From the IMG/VR virus record IMGVR_UViG_3300025133_000019: a stretch of 64,000 nucleotides of DNA. One strand, 5' to 3'. This document shows, one piece after another, positions 1-9,720 of the stretch; the stretch's first letter is position 1, and the number at the start of each line of letters is the position of its first letter. The position numbers and the translations under genes were made by a program. Under the pieces are notes generated by a model. That model searched no databases. It saw only the letters and a program-made list of their open reading frames with translations, and had not been told where the DNA came from. The stretch comes from a virus (taxonomy: Duplodnaviria; Heunggongvirae; Uroviricota; Caudoviricetes).

Positions 1-376
1 CTACAGCAGAAGCTTCTTTGCTCTCTTTCTTTTCTAGGGCTAATATGTATTCTTCACCCTCTATTAAGGATATATGGAACTTAATGCACTTGTTTAAGCA
101 ATCATGCAACGCTTCTATAGGATCTTTAATAGGAGAACCCCAGATATAGTCTGTGGGAGCTGTGTTGGTGTCTCTATTTACTTGGCACACCCTAGCTCCG
201 TCGAGGATATCAAGGTTAAACATCCAATTACTACCCATTTCTGCGTAATGGTCAGTGACATTCTCGCTATATGAAGAAGGGTTCCTGTGAAGGACGTTCA
301 TCTTGCTAAGAAGCCTAAATTTGTCCTCTAGAGACAAAGTCTTATAATCCTTTAGAAGTATTTTTTTTCTGCTCAT
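1..376 (-). CDS. hypothetical protein, 3' end runs off the window (MSRKKILLKDYKTLSLEDKF...)
   Basis: Manually translated open frame from ATG at 376 to the window edge; GGAAGG SD upstream; absent from the ORF track because it has no stop in the window. Confidence 0.7.
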   Translation of the reverse strand, partial: MSRKKILLKDYKTLSLEDKFRLLSKMNVLHRNPSSYSENVTDHYAEMGSNWMFNLDILDGARVCQVNRDTNTAPTDYIWGSPIKDPIEALHDCLNKCIKFHISLIEGEEYILALEKKESKEASAV

Positions 377-398
377 ATCCCTTCCAATCGCTGGTTAT

Positions 399-427
399 AT
401 ATTACTACAAAAGTCCTCGTTTATCAA
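399..427 (-). promoter_or_regulatory. sigma70-type promoter
   Basis: Minus strand TTGATA-17 bp-TAATAT upstream of the 376 ORF. Confidence 0.5.
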
Positions 428-433
428 GAATTT

Positions 434-919
434 CTAGAGAAAGGACTTTAACTGTTTGTAGTGTGGTATGAATTTCTCTGGGTTCCGAAAAACGAATTGA
501 TACACGCTCTTTCCCTGTCCTGGTAATACCTTTTTTACCATGAATCTCAGGTCAGAGAACGGGATAGCTAGCTTTTTACCTTTTACGGTTATCTTGGTAT
601 CATCGGGCTCTGTTTGATAAGAAATAACCTCTACTTCCTTACTTCCTATCAAAGATATGTATCCAGAAATTAGTCTACCTTTTTTAAAGTCTTCCTCGGA
701 TTTATAGATCTCTATCCTATTAGTGAGGTTAAAAGGGAATTCTTCGTTTTTATCTTGTGTAGGAACAGTTAAATTGAAGTTTGTGGTTTTAGGCTTTCCC
801 CTAGGAACCCCTGGAATAGCTTTAAAAACTTTAGAAAACTGGGTCTTAGGTTTTGATAGGTCTTTTACTTGGGAAACTTGCTCCCCTAGAATCACGTTAT
901 TTTGGCTTTTCAGTTTCAT
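434..919 (-). CDS. hypothetical basic protein
   Basis: 161-aa ORF in a minus-strand operon. Confidence 0.7.
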   Translation of the reverse strand: MKLKSQNNVILGEQVSQVKDLSKPKTQFSKVFKAIPGVPRGKPKTTNFNLTVPTQDKNEEFPFNLTNRIEIYKSEEDFKKGRLISGYISLIGSKEVEVISYQTEPDDTKITVKGKKLAIPFSDLRFMVKKVLPGQGKSVYQFVFRNPEKFIPHYKQLKSFL

Positions 920-1250
920 CTTTTTTTAATAGATGTGATAAGAGTAATTCGTGAAAATTATTCTTCCCGTCCTCAAAATATATGAAGTGACGATTGTTAT
1001 CTATCTCCACTAGAAACCCATTATTAAATGAGAAACTAGCTTTTCCCGAAACAGTCTTTTCGTTTCTGGTGATAGTGAAGGTAACAGTGTCTCCTATTTG
1101 AGTGCTAGAAATGTTATCTTTAATATAGGTTAACCACTCCGGATTAGCCTCTAAAGTTTCTTGATCCACCCAAGCGTGATTTCTACAATCTTCAGCCTTT
1201 TCTGAGATATTGTGACCTACAACGTGGCCCTGAGACCTAAATTTTATCAT
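897..1250 (-). CDS. hypothetical protein
   Basis: Start moved to ATG 1250, which forms an ATGA overlap with the stop of the MerR-like gene. Confidence 0.7.
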   Translation of the reverse strand: MIKFRSQGHVVGHNISEKAEDCRNHAWVDQETLEANPEWLTYIKDNISSTQIGDTVTFTITRNEKTVSGKASFSFNNGFLVEIDNNRHFIYFEDGKNNFHELLLSHLLKKDETEKPK

Positions 1251-1663
1251 TTTTTCATCTTTAGGGCTGACTTTATAAAATCTTGAGTAGTTATACATAC
1301 AAAGTCACTAGAAATATTCTTAGGAGTAAATACCTCTCCTAAAACTACGAAACTATGTTTAGGTAGGAATACAAAACAGCTTTTGTAGATATGATCCTCG
1401 TTAGACTCAAAAAACTCTTTAAACTCTGGAAGGAAAGATCTAATAAATTGTATGGAATATTTTTTATTATTAGTATCTCGTAAAGATTTAACCAAGTATA
1501 AAAATACTAAGTCCACTAAAGAGTAGAGCCTAACTTTTAAGTTAGTGCCTATGGAAGGTTTTATTAGATCGGTTTTATCCCAGTACTCTAGTTGCTTATA
1601 AGTAATGTCAACAAGGTTACGAATATCCTTGGGAGTAAAAACGTAATCAGTAGTTCGTCCCAT
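1247..1663 (-). CDS. MerR-family HTH transcriptional regulator
   Basis: FTPKDIRNLVDITYKQLEYWDKTDLIKPS...RLYSLVDL matches the MerR winged-HTH pattern. Confidence 0.8.
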   Translation of the reverse strand: MGRTTDYVFTPKDIRNLVDITYKQLEYWDKTDLIKPSIGTNLKVRLYSLVDLVFLYLVKSLRDTNNKKYSIQFIRSFLPEFKEFFESNEDHIYKSCFVFLPKHSFVVLGEVFTPKNISSDFVCITTQDFIKSALKMKK

Positions 1664-1677
1664 CTGGAACTTCCCTG

Positions 1678-2085
1678 TTATTTGTTAAAAGGGCTGATAA
1701 CAAATTCTTGAACTACTTCTTTTCCGTCAGAAATATCTTGTTCTCCGGAATCTAGCCTAACTAGTTCATCAATCTCCGCTCCCAATTCATCAGGAGTTTC
1801 GTGTGGACATCCACAATCACCTTGAGAGTCTTTGCCCTCTTCTTCTACAATAGAGGTTGTACCAGGAGCATATCCTTGAGTTTCTTTAGGATCTATTTCA
1901 CTGGGAATAGGTGCGTAACCCTCTCCCCCAGATCCGATTTCCTCTGGATCTTGGAAAATAGCGTTCTCCTCGTATTCAGGATGCTCTTCATAAGAGTCAT
2001 CTCGGGAATCTTCTTCCACATACATATCAATGAGTTCCGCTATTTTTTTGATTGATTTTTCGTTATCAAATTTAGTTTTCGACAT
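1678..2085 (-). CDS. acidic hypothetical protein
   Basis: 135-aa E/D-rich ORF with GGAG SD. Confidence 0.7.
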   Translation of the reverse strand: MSKTKFDNEKSIKKIAELIDMYVEEDSRDDSYEEHPEYEENAIFQDPEEIGSGGEGYAPIPSEIDPKETQGYAPGTTSIVEEEGKDSQGDCGCPHETPDELGAEIDELVRLDSGEQDISDGKEVVQEFVISPFNK

Positions 2086-2089
2086 AGCT

Positions 2090-2395
2090 CTATCTCCCAG
2101 ACACTTTAAGAGTATTGAATCCCTTAGCTGTAAGTTGGTATAAATCGGGGAATTTTCTGTTTAAATTCGGAACTTCTACAAGAAGTCCCTCCACCAAAAG
2201 ATTTTGTAAAGATATAGCCTCTTTTTGTCTGCCTGCTCTAAAAGAGAAGAGTCCTTGAGAGTGTTTAAGCCCTAAGGATAGTATATGCTTAGAGAACCGA
2301 TCTAAATTTTTAGATCCGCAAGTTTTAATAGAATTTACTTCTTCTACCTCTGTGCTGGCCTCAAAGTCAAATGTAACGCCGTCGTTTAAATCCAT
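2090..2395 (-). CDS. hypothetical protein (possible winged-helix C-terminus)
   Basis: GAGG SD; LQNLLVEGLL...YQLTAKG resembles a wHTH wing. Confidence 0.6.
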   Translation of the reverse strand: MDLNDGVTFDFEASTEVEEVNSIKTCGSKNLDRFSKHILSLGLKHSQGLFSFRAGRQKEAISLQNLLVEGLLVEVPNLNRKFPDLYQLTAKGFNTLKVSGR

Positions 2396-2517
2396 GGTAA
2401 TTTCCTCGAAAAATACATTGTGAAATCAACCAAATACTAATTAAATATAAAATACGCTCCGCATAATCATTTTTTATTACTATATAATAAGAAACCCGTT
2501 TAATAGGACAATTTACC

Positions 2518-2901
2518 ATGACTGAACCAAATACCATAGATTTTGACGCTGTAGACAAATTAATTGACGACCAGATTAAGAAAGAAGCAAGCACAGAGAA
2601 ATACTTTAAAAATGTGCAAGATTTCCAAAAGAAATTGGGGGACGCTTTAGAAGCTATACGTATTGTAAAAGACCATAGCTTCGGATTAGTTAATACCGAT
2701 AAATATAGAGGTAAAATCCAAAATATCTTAGATGATATGATTGATCTTCTTAGGGAAACAGAGACAGAAAGAGATGGCTTAAATAAGAAAAGATTTAATC
2801 CCATTGAAGTTGAAGATAATACTCCTAAGGAAAGTGGAGGGGAGAGATCTCCTCAAGAAATTTCTGAATCAGGAAAAGTGGCTCCCTTAGAGAAACTCTA
2901 A
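2518..2901 (+). CDS. hypothetical protein
   Basis: 127-aa ORF with AGGA SD. Confidence 0.7.
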   Translation: MTEPNTIDFDAVDKLIDDQIKKEASTEKYFKNVQDFQKKLGDALEAIRIVKDHSFGLVNTDKYRGKIQNILDDMIDLLRETETERDGLNKKRFNPIEVEDNTPKESGGERSPQEISESGKVAPLEKL

Positions 2902-2916
2902 GAGCCCAACTTATAT

Positions 2917-4767
2917 ATGGTTGTTAAGTCTAATACAAATCAACTTCCTGTACACAAAAAACAGGAAGTCCTGTCTTTTAACCCCATTAAAAAAGTCATA
3001 GAGCGTGGTGTTGATACCGCTGTCGGACTTTCAAGAGGGATGACAGGTATTTTGAGAAATAAAGACGCAAAAAGACGGGTTAGTCAAATAAATACCTTGA
3101 TTACCAAGCTAGAAAAAATGGTAATATTTGCCAGAAAAAGAGGGGAGGACCTTAAAGATAATACAGAACTGGAAGACTCCTTAATAACAGAAATAAACAA
3201 ATTAAGACCGTCTTTACTAGAAAAGAGGTACATTAAAACTAAGTTGGACGGGTTTTTTGAAGAGGTCTCTCTAAACGATTACGACTTAGAGAATTACATC
3301 TCTAAAAAGATAAAAGAGAGTTTCGAAAAGGACATCAACTTGCTAGGAGACACGGGTGCCCAAGAAACTCTAATAAAAGATATTTTATCCAGAGGAAACT
3401 TCGAGAAAGAGTTCGTAAAACGAAACCTACTAGAAATTTTAAATCATTCTGCTGACTATGCGAGTATAGCCATAGACTCCCTGGACATAATCCTCGAAGA
3501 ACTCGAAAAATATAAAACTAATTCTAGGGATTTTGAATACCTAAAAAAGATAAAATTTTATGATGATATTGAAAGAATGATTGAGGCAGGAGAGGAGATT
3601 AAACAAGAAATATTTACTTATATATCTGGTGGAGCTGTAAAAAAGATACTGACTTGGATGGGAGAAATCAAGGGTTCTAGCTGGTCTCAAGAGGGGGAGG
3701 GCTCTGTAACGCACTTCACCGATAAAGCACATTTTATTAGAGACCAAGCAGAAAGTCTCTTGGGTCTTAGGGACGGAAGAGAAGCCTTAGAAAAGTTCAT
3801 CTCTACAGAAAACGGAATCCTTAAAAGAAGACTGGAAGAAGTAGAACTAATGCTTGGAGGAGTAGAGAGGCTCCAAGAAAAACATCACGAGCTTGGAGCC
3901 GACTTGGTTAAGTTCAAGCAGGCCGGAAAAGACTTATACGAGTGGATACAAAAAACCCCCGCTAATGAAATAGATGGTCAAGATATAATGGATGCTGCAA
4001 ACGAGGTAGATGCTATTATGGAAGTCCTAGATGAAGTAGAAGCTACTCTAGAAGAAGACGAAAAGAAAGAGGAGGATGGATTTTTTGACTTAATTAATAA
4101 CTCTAAAAAAGTTGTAGACGGTTCTAAATATTTGGTAAAAATGCGGGAAAGCCTAGAAAATAAAATACAGTTATCTATAGGCATAATTACCGGAATGTTA
4201 AAGGACCTGCATCCTGAAGAGCCTGAAAGCCTTAAGGATAGAAAATACGTAGAAGGTCTAAAAGACCTTCTACGTACTCTAAAAGAAATAGAAATAAACG
4301 AGTACACTCTAAGAATTACTTATTTTGAAGACGAATCTAGCAAAGATATTTATATCTCTAACCTATCTTTTGACAAAAGAATAAAGCGTTTGAGCAAAAA
4401 ACTTAAAGTCCTGGAGAACAAGTTCAACTCCCTAGTCACAAACGACACCTCTGAAGTTTTAGCAAGGCAAATAGGATTTATAGTTCAAAGCTTGAGTGTA
4501 CAAGTTTTTAGCTATTTCCTAGCATCTAAGTTTGAAAAAAGAACTGAAAAATTGTTTATAGATTATAAAAACTTAAACAAAATGGTTAGAGCATCCGGAG
4601 GAAGGTCTCTAGTAGGTATATTGTCTACTCTCAAACGTCAGGGTATACAATTATCTAGAGTAAAAGAACTCTTTTCTGTTGCCGAGGATTCCGAGTTAGA
4701 AGAACGAGAGTTAGTTCTGGTAGAAAAAACCGACAGACTCAGGATAATTAAAAACCTAAAGGGCTAA
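2917..4767 (+). CDS. helical/coiled-coil hypothetical protein
   Basis: 616-aa K/E/L-rich ORF. Confidence 0.75.
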   Translation: MVVKSNTNQLPVHKKQEVLSFNPIKKVIERGVDTAVGLSRGMTGILRNKDAKRRVSQINTLITKLEKMVIFARKRGEDLKDNTELEDSLITEINKLRPSLLEKRYIKTKLDGFFEEVSLNDYDLENYISKKIKESFEKDINLLGDTGAQETLIKDILSRGNFEKEFVKRNLLEILNHSADYASIAIDSLDIILEELEKYKTNSRDFEYLKKIKFYDDIERMIEAGEEIKQEIFTYISGGAVKKILTWMGEIKGSSWSQEGEGSVTHFTDKAHFIRDQAESLLGLRDGREALEKFISTENGILKRRLEEVELMLGGVERLQEKHHELGADLVKFKQAGKDLYEWIQKTPANEIDGQDIMDAANEVDAIMEVLDEVEATLEEDEKKEEDGFFDLINNSKKVVDGSKYLVKMRESLENKIQLSIGIITGMLKDLHPEEPESLKDRKYVEGLKDLLRTLKEIEINEYTLRITYFEDESSKDIYISNLSFDKRIKRLSKKLKVLENKFNSLVTNDTSEVLARQIGFIVQSLSVQVFSYFLASKFEKRTEKLFIDYKNLNKMVRASGGRSLVGILSTLKRQGIQLSRVKELFSVAEDSELEERELVLVEKTDRLRIIKNLKG

Positions 4768-7700
4768 TTTAAGTCTATAGCCATATCACCTAAATAGTGG
4801 TATGGAATATCATCAGTAATACTTTGGTCCTTAATTTCCTCGTCTTCTTTTAAAGCGTTCTCAATTAAGTCTTCTTCCTCATTCTCTATAAAATTCTCTT
4901 TTATAACAGAATCTACACTCTTTTCAATTCGAGAGGAAGTTTTGAAGTGCTCCGGAAACTCCTCTTGTATAGCCAAGAAGGTCTGATTAAATCCTCTTTC
5001 ACTTATAAGCCTACTGAGATAACTAATAACCCTGGATTTAGCCTCGTTAACTTTCTTCTCAAAATTATACTTATTATCGAGATTCATATTCATAACCTCA
5101 AATTCAGCTTTGTACTCTTCCCTTATAAGTTTCTTGATCAAGATTCCCAATTGAATAACTGGATTTATAATTTCGAATCTTGCTAAACTCTCTGCTAAAT
5201 CGTTTTTATTCTCTTCCTCTAAATCTGGAAAAGCCCTTGATAACAAGTCTTGGAAAAAAGGAACGCTCACATAAAGGTTCATGATCTCTCTTGGAGAAAC
5301 TAACGAAGTTTCCGTTATTTCCTTTTTCTTTCGTTTTTGGTTTAACTCTTGGACCAAGGCTCGATTAACCTGAGGCTTGATATTTTTCAGGAGATCAATC
5401 CAAGTTTTATAGATTAAGTCTTTTAATGCAGAAGGAGAAATATCTGCGTTGGATATTCTACTTTTTATTTTCCTATTTAAAATAGTTCGGTAAGAAGGTA
5501 TATTGGCCAAATCTAATCCTAATTGATTGTTCAAATTGGACTTTAGAAACTTAGGCAGTAATTTCTTTTCAATACTGGTTATCCTGTTCTGATAGTCTTC
5601 TTCTGTTTCACTCTCTTCTTGTTGTAGCAGAGAACCCTCTTGCTGAGATTTTATCCAGCCAGCTAGCTCTTCCAGCTTAGTATCTATAAACTTGCCGTTG
5701 TCTAGTTCATCTATATTTAAATACTGGTCACTCAAGGAAGTTAAATCTTGCATCGTCATTTTTAGTTGACCTAGCTGCTGATCTCTTTCTTTTTCATAAT
5801 TAGGGTTTTTAAATAAGAAGACTTCTCTAGATTCTTCTGGAAGACTGCTTAAATCGGGCTTAATAGTTCTCAAGTTATGCTGCATAACAGCTAATTTATC
5901 TTTGGCTGTTTGCTGAGCTTCATCGGCTATGTAATGCTTGTACCACTGATATTCTATAGAAACTTCTCCGTACTTATCCTTAATAGCCTTACTAAAAGGG
6001 CCACTAAGCATGTCGAAAATGTTTTCGAACTCATTTTTAAAGTGTTCTATTTTTTGAATATACGCATAGTTTTCTTTCTGAGGATCATTAATCCTGGTGT
6101 TGGTTTTATCTAAAGAAACGAATAGTAATTTATTTTTAGCTTGGTCTCTTCTATCCATACCAGTATCTGCTATTGACCCCTCGGAATCTTTGTTTATAAG
6201 AACTCCGTTGGGGGTCATTTCGACTCTGGTGAAATTATTAGCTTCATTCTTAAATACGGTAAGAAAAAAGGCTTCGAAATTAGTGTTATTAATTGTTTCC
6301 CCGTTAACGGTTCTTTTTCTAGATATTGCTCCGCTAGATGTTATTAGCTGATCAAAAAACATGTCTACAACACTTTTACTAGATCTATGTAAATTATGAA
6401 GCTCTTCTAGTGTGCTTGAATATTCTTCATCTCCGGTATTAGATGTTCTATACCCGTAAATAAGATAAGGGAACAAATACATCTCAGCCCATCCAGCGAT
6501 ATCTCCATAAGTATCCTGTATAATTCGGCCTTCGCTGTCTTTTGCAGGGCTTTTAAACCTTTGTGTAACATATTTTTTAGCGCTCATAACAGGTTTCTGT
6601 GTATTAAACCAGTTCTCTCTTTCTGCTAAAGCGGTTAGTAGTTTATATGGAGAAGACGTATCTATTTTTGTGTCGTTCAAATAAAACCCCAAGGAACTAT
6701 TCCTCAGTTCCTCAGTCCAACTAGTTTTATCCCTTCCAAGTAAAGAATCAGTAAGCTTGTTTACATACCCGCCTCTTTTGTGAAAAGTCTTATTAATAGA
6801 ATTAATAGATTTCCCCCAATCGAAATTCTTACCCTCTTTCACGTATTTACTCATTAGAGTAAGATTTTTACCGATGGAAGACTTACTTTTTCTTGAAAGG
6901 CTGTCTAATAATTTTAAAGCCTTGTTCCACTTTCTGTACCCTATTTGGTGATGTTCCTCTAATTTCGAGAATAGCTCATAGCCTAAATCTTTTACCATTC
7001 TATTTAAAGCGTACAAGAAAGTTTTCCAGTATTTATCTGTTGCTTTACTATTTATAAACTGGGAGATAAGGTCTTCTGACTCATTTTGCAGAATTCGCAC
7101 TCCTCTCGTAAAAGTTTCTTGAACTCTTTTCTTATCTTCATTGGACTTAAATTTAGAGCTGTCAGATAGCAGGGTTTCCAGGTAGGTTAAACCGAACGCC
7201 TCTTTGCCGGACTTCCCAAAGAATATTGTGTTGTTAATCTTTTTTAGCTGTGCAAGCCTGACTTTCTTTATTTTAAGTTTTAGTTCCCTGCTTTCGGGGT
7301 CTTTAGTTTTTGACCCTAGAGTGTAAGTTGTAGCATAATTTTCTTCTATCAAAGTCTCTATGTCTACTTTATAGTCAGCCAAAAATTTCAACAAAGTCTT
7401 GAGCTGACCACCCCATGTCAACTGATTCTTATGGTAATTAGAAATTCCCAGAGACTTTCTTTTGAGCTTGTCAATAAAAATGGGCCAACTGGAACTAGAT
7501 ATTTTATCTCTGTATTTATCAAGGACGAATCTGAGGCCAGCTTTATAACTTTCCAGAGTAAGATTCAATTCCTGCTTAGTCATTAAGTTATCTAGATCAT
7601 TAATCTTGTCCCAAGAACTCTTCCTCACTTTCTTGAATTCCACTTTTATTTTTTGAATTATATCTGTAATGGAGTCGTCACTTAAAGTCTCTAGTACTTC

Positions 7701-8345
7701 ATCTAGATCTAAAGACTCTGTGAACTCGATTAACTGTTCTCGTTGGGCGAAATTTTTACGGTGTAGCTCATCAAGAAGAAACTTAAGATTAACTTCGACT
7801 TCTTCGTGTATACTGGTTATAATTTTTTTAGCTTTTTGAGCATTACTTTTCTTTTCCTCTTCTACTAGATTTGCTGTAGTTTGGTCAGTTTGGTCCCTTA
7901 TACCAGAATCACTTTGATATAGAGCTTGCCTTATATTATCAATAGCCACAAGCTTTTCTTGGGGAGTACCAGCTCCTAGAGACGTACCAAGCACTTTTCT
8001 CATGTCTTGATAATTATTTTTTTCAATGCCTTTCAGAGATAATATGGAATGCTCCCAATCAGGAACCCTTTCTAAGTCATTCTTATACAGATCTATTCTA
8101 GCTTTTATTTGCTTTCCTAGATCAACGGACATAGAGACTAGGTCGTCGTGGCCTAAGCTACTATGGACTTGGACGGCATTGCCAGATTCCTCATCGTCTA
8201 AAGTATCAACTACCACGGAAGAAATCTCTGTATCTAAGGCATAGTCAGTTTCTGGTATTATGTTTTCTCCGTCCTCAGATTCTTCTCGTAACTTTTGTTC
8301 GAGAGACTTCTTCAGAGTAGAAAGAAGAGTGTGTCGGGAAGCCAT
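4764..8345 (-). CDS. large hypothetical protein (1193 aa), possible internal virion protein
   Basis: Long ORF with GGAG SD and no recognised motif. Confidence 0.75.
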   Translation of the reverse strand: MASRHTLLSTLKKSLEQKLREESEDGENIIPETDYALDTEISSVVVDTLDDEESGNAVQVHSSLGHDDLVSMSVDLGKQIKARIDLYKNDLERVPDWEHSILSLKGIEKNNYQDMRKVLGTSLGAGTPQEKLVAIDNIRQALYQSDSGIRDQTDQTTANLVEEEKKSNAQKAKKIITSIHEEVEVNLKFLLDELHRKNFAQREQLIEFTESLDLDEVLETLSDDSITDIIQKIKVEFKKVRKSSWDKINDLDNLMTKQELNLTLESYKAGLRFVLDKYRDKISSSSWPIFIDKLKRKSLGISNYHKNQLTWGGQLKTLLKFLADYKVDIETLIEENYATTYTLGSKTKDPESRELKLKIKKVRLAQLKKINNTIFFGKSGKEAFGLTYLETLLSDSSKFKSNEDKKRVQETFTRGVRILQNESEDLISQFINSKATDKYWKTFLYALNRMVKDLGYELFSKLEEHHQIGYRKWNKALKLLDSLSRKSKSSIGKNLTLMSKYVKEGKNFDWGKSINSINKTFHKRGGYVNKLTDSLLGRDKTSWTEELRNSSLGFYLNDTKIDTSSPYKLLTALAERENWFNTQKPVMSAKKYVTQRFKSPAKDSEGRIIQDTYGDIAGWAEMYLFPYLIYGYRTSNTGDEEYSSTLEELHNLHRSSKSVVDMFFDQLITSSGAISRKRTVNGETINNTNFEAFFLTVFKNEANNFTRVEMTPNGVLINKDSEGSIADTGMDRRDQAKNKLLFVSLDKTNTRINDPQKENYAYIQKIEHFKNEFENIFDMLSGPFSKAIKDKYGEVSIEYQWYKHYIADEAQQTAKDKLAVMQHNLRTIKPDLSSLPEESREVFLFKNPNYEKERDQQLGQLKMTMQDLTSLSDQYLNIDELDNGKFIDTKLEELAGWIKSQQEGSLLQQEESETEEDYQNRITSIEKKLLPKFLKSNLNNQLGLDLANIPSYRTILNRKIKSRISNADISPSALKDLIYKTWIDLLKNIKPQVNRALVQELNQKRKKKEITETSLVSPREIMNLYVSVPFFQDLLSRAFPDLEEENKNDLAESLARFEIINPVIQLGILIKKLIREEYKAEFEVMNMNLDNKYNFEKKVNEAKSRVISYLSRLISERGFNQTFLAIQEEFPEHFKTSSRIEKSVDSVIKENFIENEEEDLIENALKEDEEIKDQSITDDIPYHYLGDMAIDLN

Positions 8346-8346
8346 T

Positions 8347-8718
8347 TTACTCCACTAAGTCTAAAAATTTTGTTAAAACGTTTTTTAAATCTTTAGTTTC
8401 ATTTAATCTAGCAAACTTAAGACTTGACAAATATTTCTCGGAGCTAAGGTCTTTAGCTTTAGCTATTGCCATAATATTTTCAAATTCTCCGGTACTAAAA
8501 TCCACGCTTACCCTGCTTGTTACTTCCACTCGATCCTCTGTTTTCGAAGCATTCCTAACCTTAGAAAGGTCTAGATGAATGTCTGCATTCAAAGCCAAAG
8601 TTCTAATGAATTCTGAAATACTCATGTTATATTGAGCAGCTCGTCTAGCAATGTCGTCATGCTCAGCTTCAGTAAGCCAAAAGTTAATTCTTTTATCTCG
8701 TAATCTATTATCAGCCAT
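8347..8718 (-). CDS. ribbon-helix-helix (MobC/CopG-like) DNA-binding protein
   Basis: RDKRINFWLTEAEHDDIARRAAQYNMSISEFIR is an RHH pattern; weaker second copy at RVSVDFSTGEFENI. Confidence 0.7.
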   Translation of the reverse strand: MADNRLRDKRINFWLTEAEHDDIARRAAQYNMSISEFIRTLALNADIHLDLSKVRNASKTEDRVEVTSRVSVDFSTGEFENIMAIAKAKDLSSEKYLSSLKFARLNETKDLKNVLTKFLDLVE

Positions 8719-8728
8719 TATGTTATCC

Positions 8729-9223
8729 TCAACTAATTAACAACTTCCCTATACTATCTAGAAGTCGTATAATTTCTTTTCTATTAGAAAAAGAAAATTC
8801 CTCGTTATTTAACTCGTATTTTTCATAAATAACGTTTAATGCTTGCCCAAGTTTCTGGAAAAAGAGTCTAAATCTATCGTCATCAATATGTTTTATCTTA
8901 GCTCCGATTCTGACTGCCTTCCCACCAATAACCATGTCTAAAAAGTAATTCCCATTTGTATCTTCTTTAAGGCCAACCTTCAATTCATGAGGGTTTTGGC
9001 TTCTAAATCTGAATTTTATGTTTACTTTATTCCCAGATTTTCTTATGTCTACAAAATGTAAAGCCCCTTTGTGGGCAATTGACTTTCTTATCAGAGACTC
9101 AATATCTAACCCCAAAAAGTGGGACCTGTCTTTATTTTTTATATCTAATGGAATATTTTCGTTATCTAAAAATAACTCCGAAAATCTTTTTATAGAGGCT
9201 TCTAGTTGGTTATTGTTTATCAT
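8729..9223 (-). CDS. hypothetical protein
   Basis: ORF; ATG 9223 preferred over the track's non-ATG start. Confidence 0.65.
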   Translation of the reverse strand: MINNNQLEASIKRFSELFLDNENIPLDIKNKDRSHFLGLDIESLIRKSIAHKGALHFVDIRKSGNKVNIKFRFRSQNPHELKVGLKEDTNGNYFLDMVIGGKAVRIGAKIKHIDDDRFRLFFQKLGQALNVIYEKYELNNEEFSFSNRKEIIRLLDSIGKLLIS

Positions 9224-9272
9224 ACAAAAATTCCCAAATATTAAAAAACTATCCAGAAATATCACAAACCCC

Positions 9273-9301
9273 TTGATTTACTGGAGTAAGCATGTTATTA
9301 T
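9273..9301 (+). promoter_or_regulatory. sigma70 promoter with extended -10 for HU gene
   Basis: TTGATT-17 bp-TATTAT with TGn before the -10. Confidence 0.6.
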
Positions 9302-9342
9302 ATGGAATATAAGTACTTTATATAACAACTAAGGAAATTACT

Positions 9343-9636
9343 ATGAATAAGAAAGATCTAATTAGAGCAATATCAGACCGAGCTACTGTTTCGGCTGGTC
9401 AGGAAGTCTCTCAAGCTACTGTAGCCAGTGTTATTGATAGCTTTTGGGAAGTAGTTAGCGAAGCAGCTTCTACTAGTGGTCATATCAAAGCTTGGAATAT
9501 GTTGGATATTAAGCGTGTCCAAACTAAAGAGCGACAAGGTTATAACCCTAAAACTAGGGAGCCCATCACTATTCCAGCGGGAGAAACTGTAAAAGTTAAG
9601 CCGATGGCTAGACTGAAGCAAACAGTTTTATCGTAA
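9343..9636 (+). CDS. hup: HU/IHF-family histone-like DNA-binding protein
   Basis: MNKKDLIRAIS...RQGYNPKTREPITIPA...VKVKP signature. Confidence 0.92.
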   Translation: MNKKDLIRAISDRATVSAGQEVSQATVASVIDSFWEVVSEAASTSGHIKAWNMLDIKRVQTKERQGYNPKTREPITIPAGETVKVKPMARLKQTVLS

Positions 9637-9655
9637 CATAAAAGCTTCACGTTTT

Positions 9656-9689
9656 AAAGAGCCTCGGTTTAGCCGAGGCTCTTTTTTTT
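9656..9689 (+). terminator. intrinsic terminator
   Basis: AAAGAGCCTCGG-tttag-CCGAGGCTCTTT followed by a T run. Confidence 0.9.
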
Positions 9690-9720
9690 ATTTGCTATTC
9701 ATTATATTAAAGGTTGAATT

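Noticed and set aside
8347-8718. Plasmid mobilisation (mobC/relaxase) module
   Set aside because: RHH domain only; no relaxase motif or oriT in neighbouring genes
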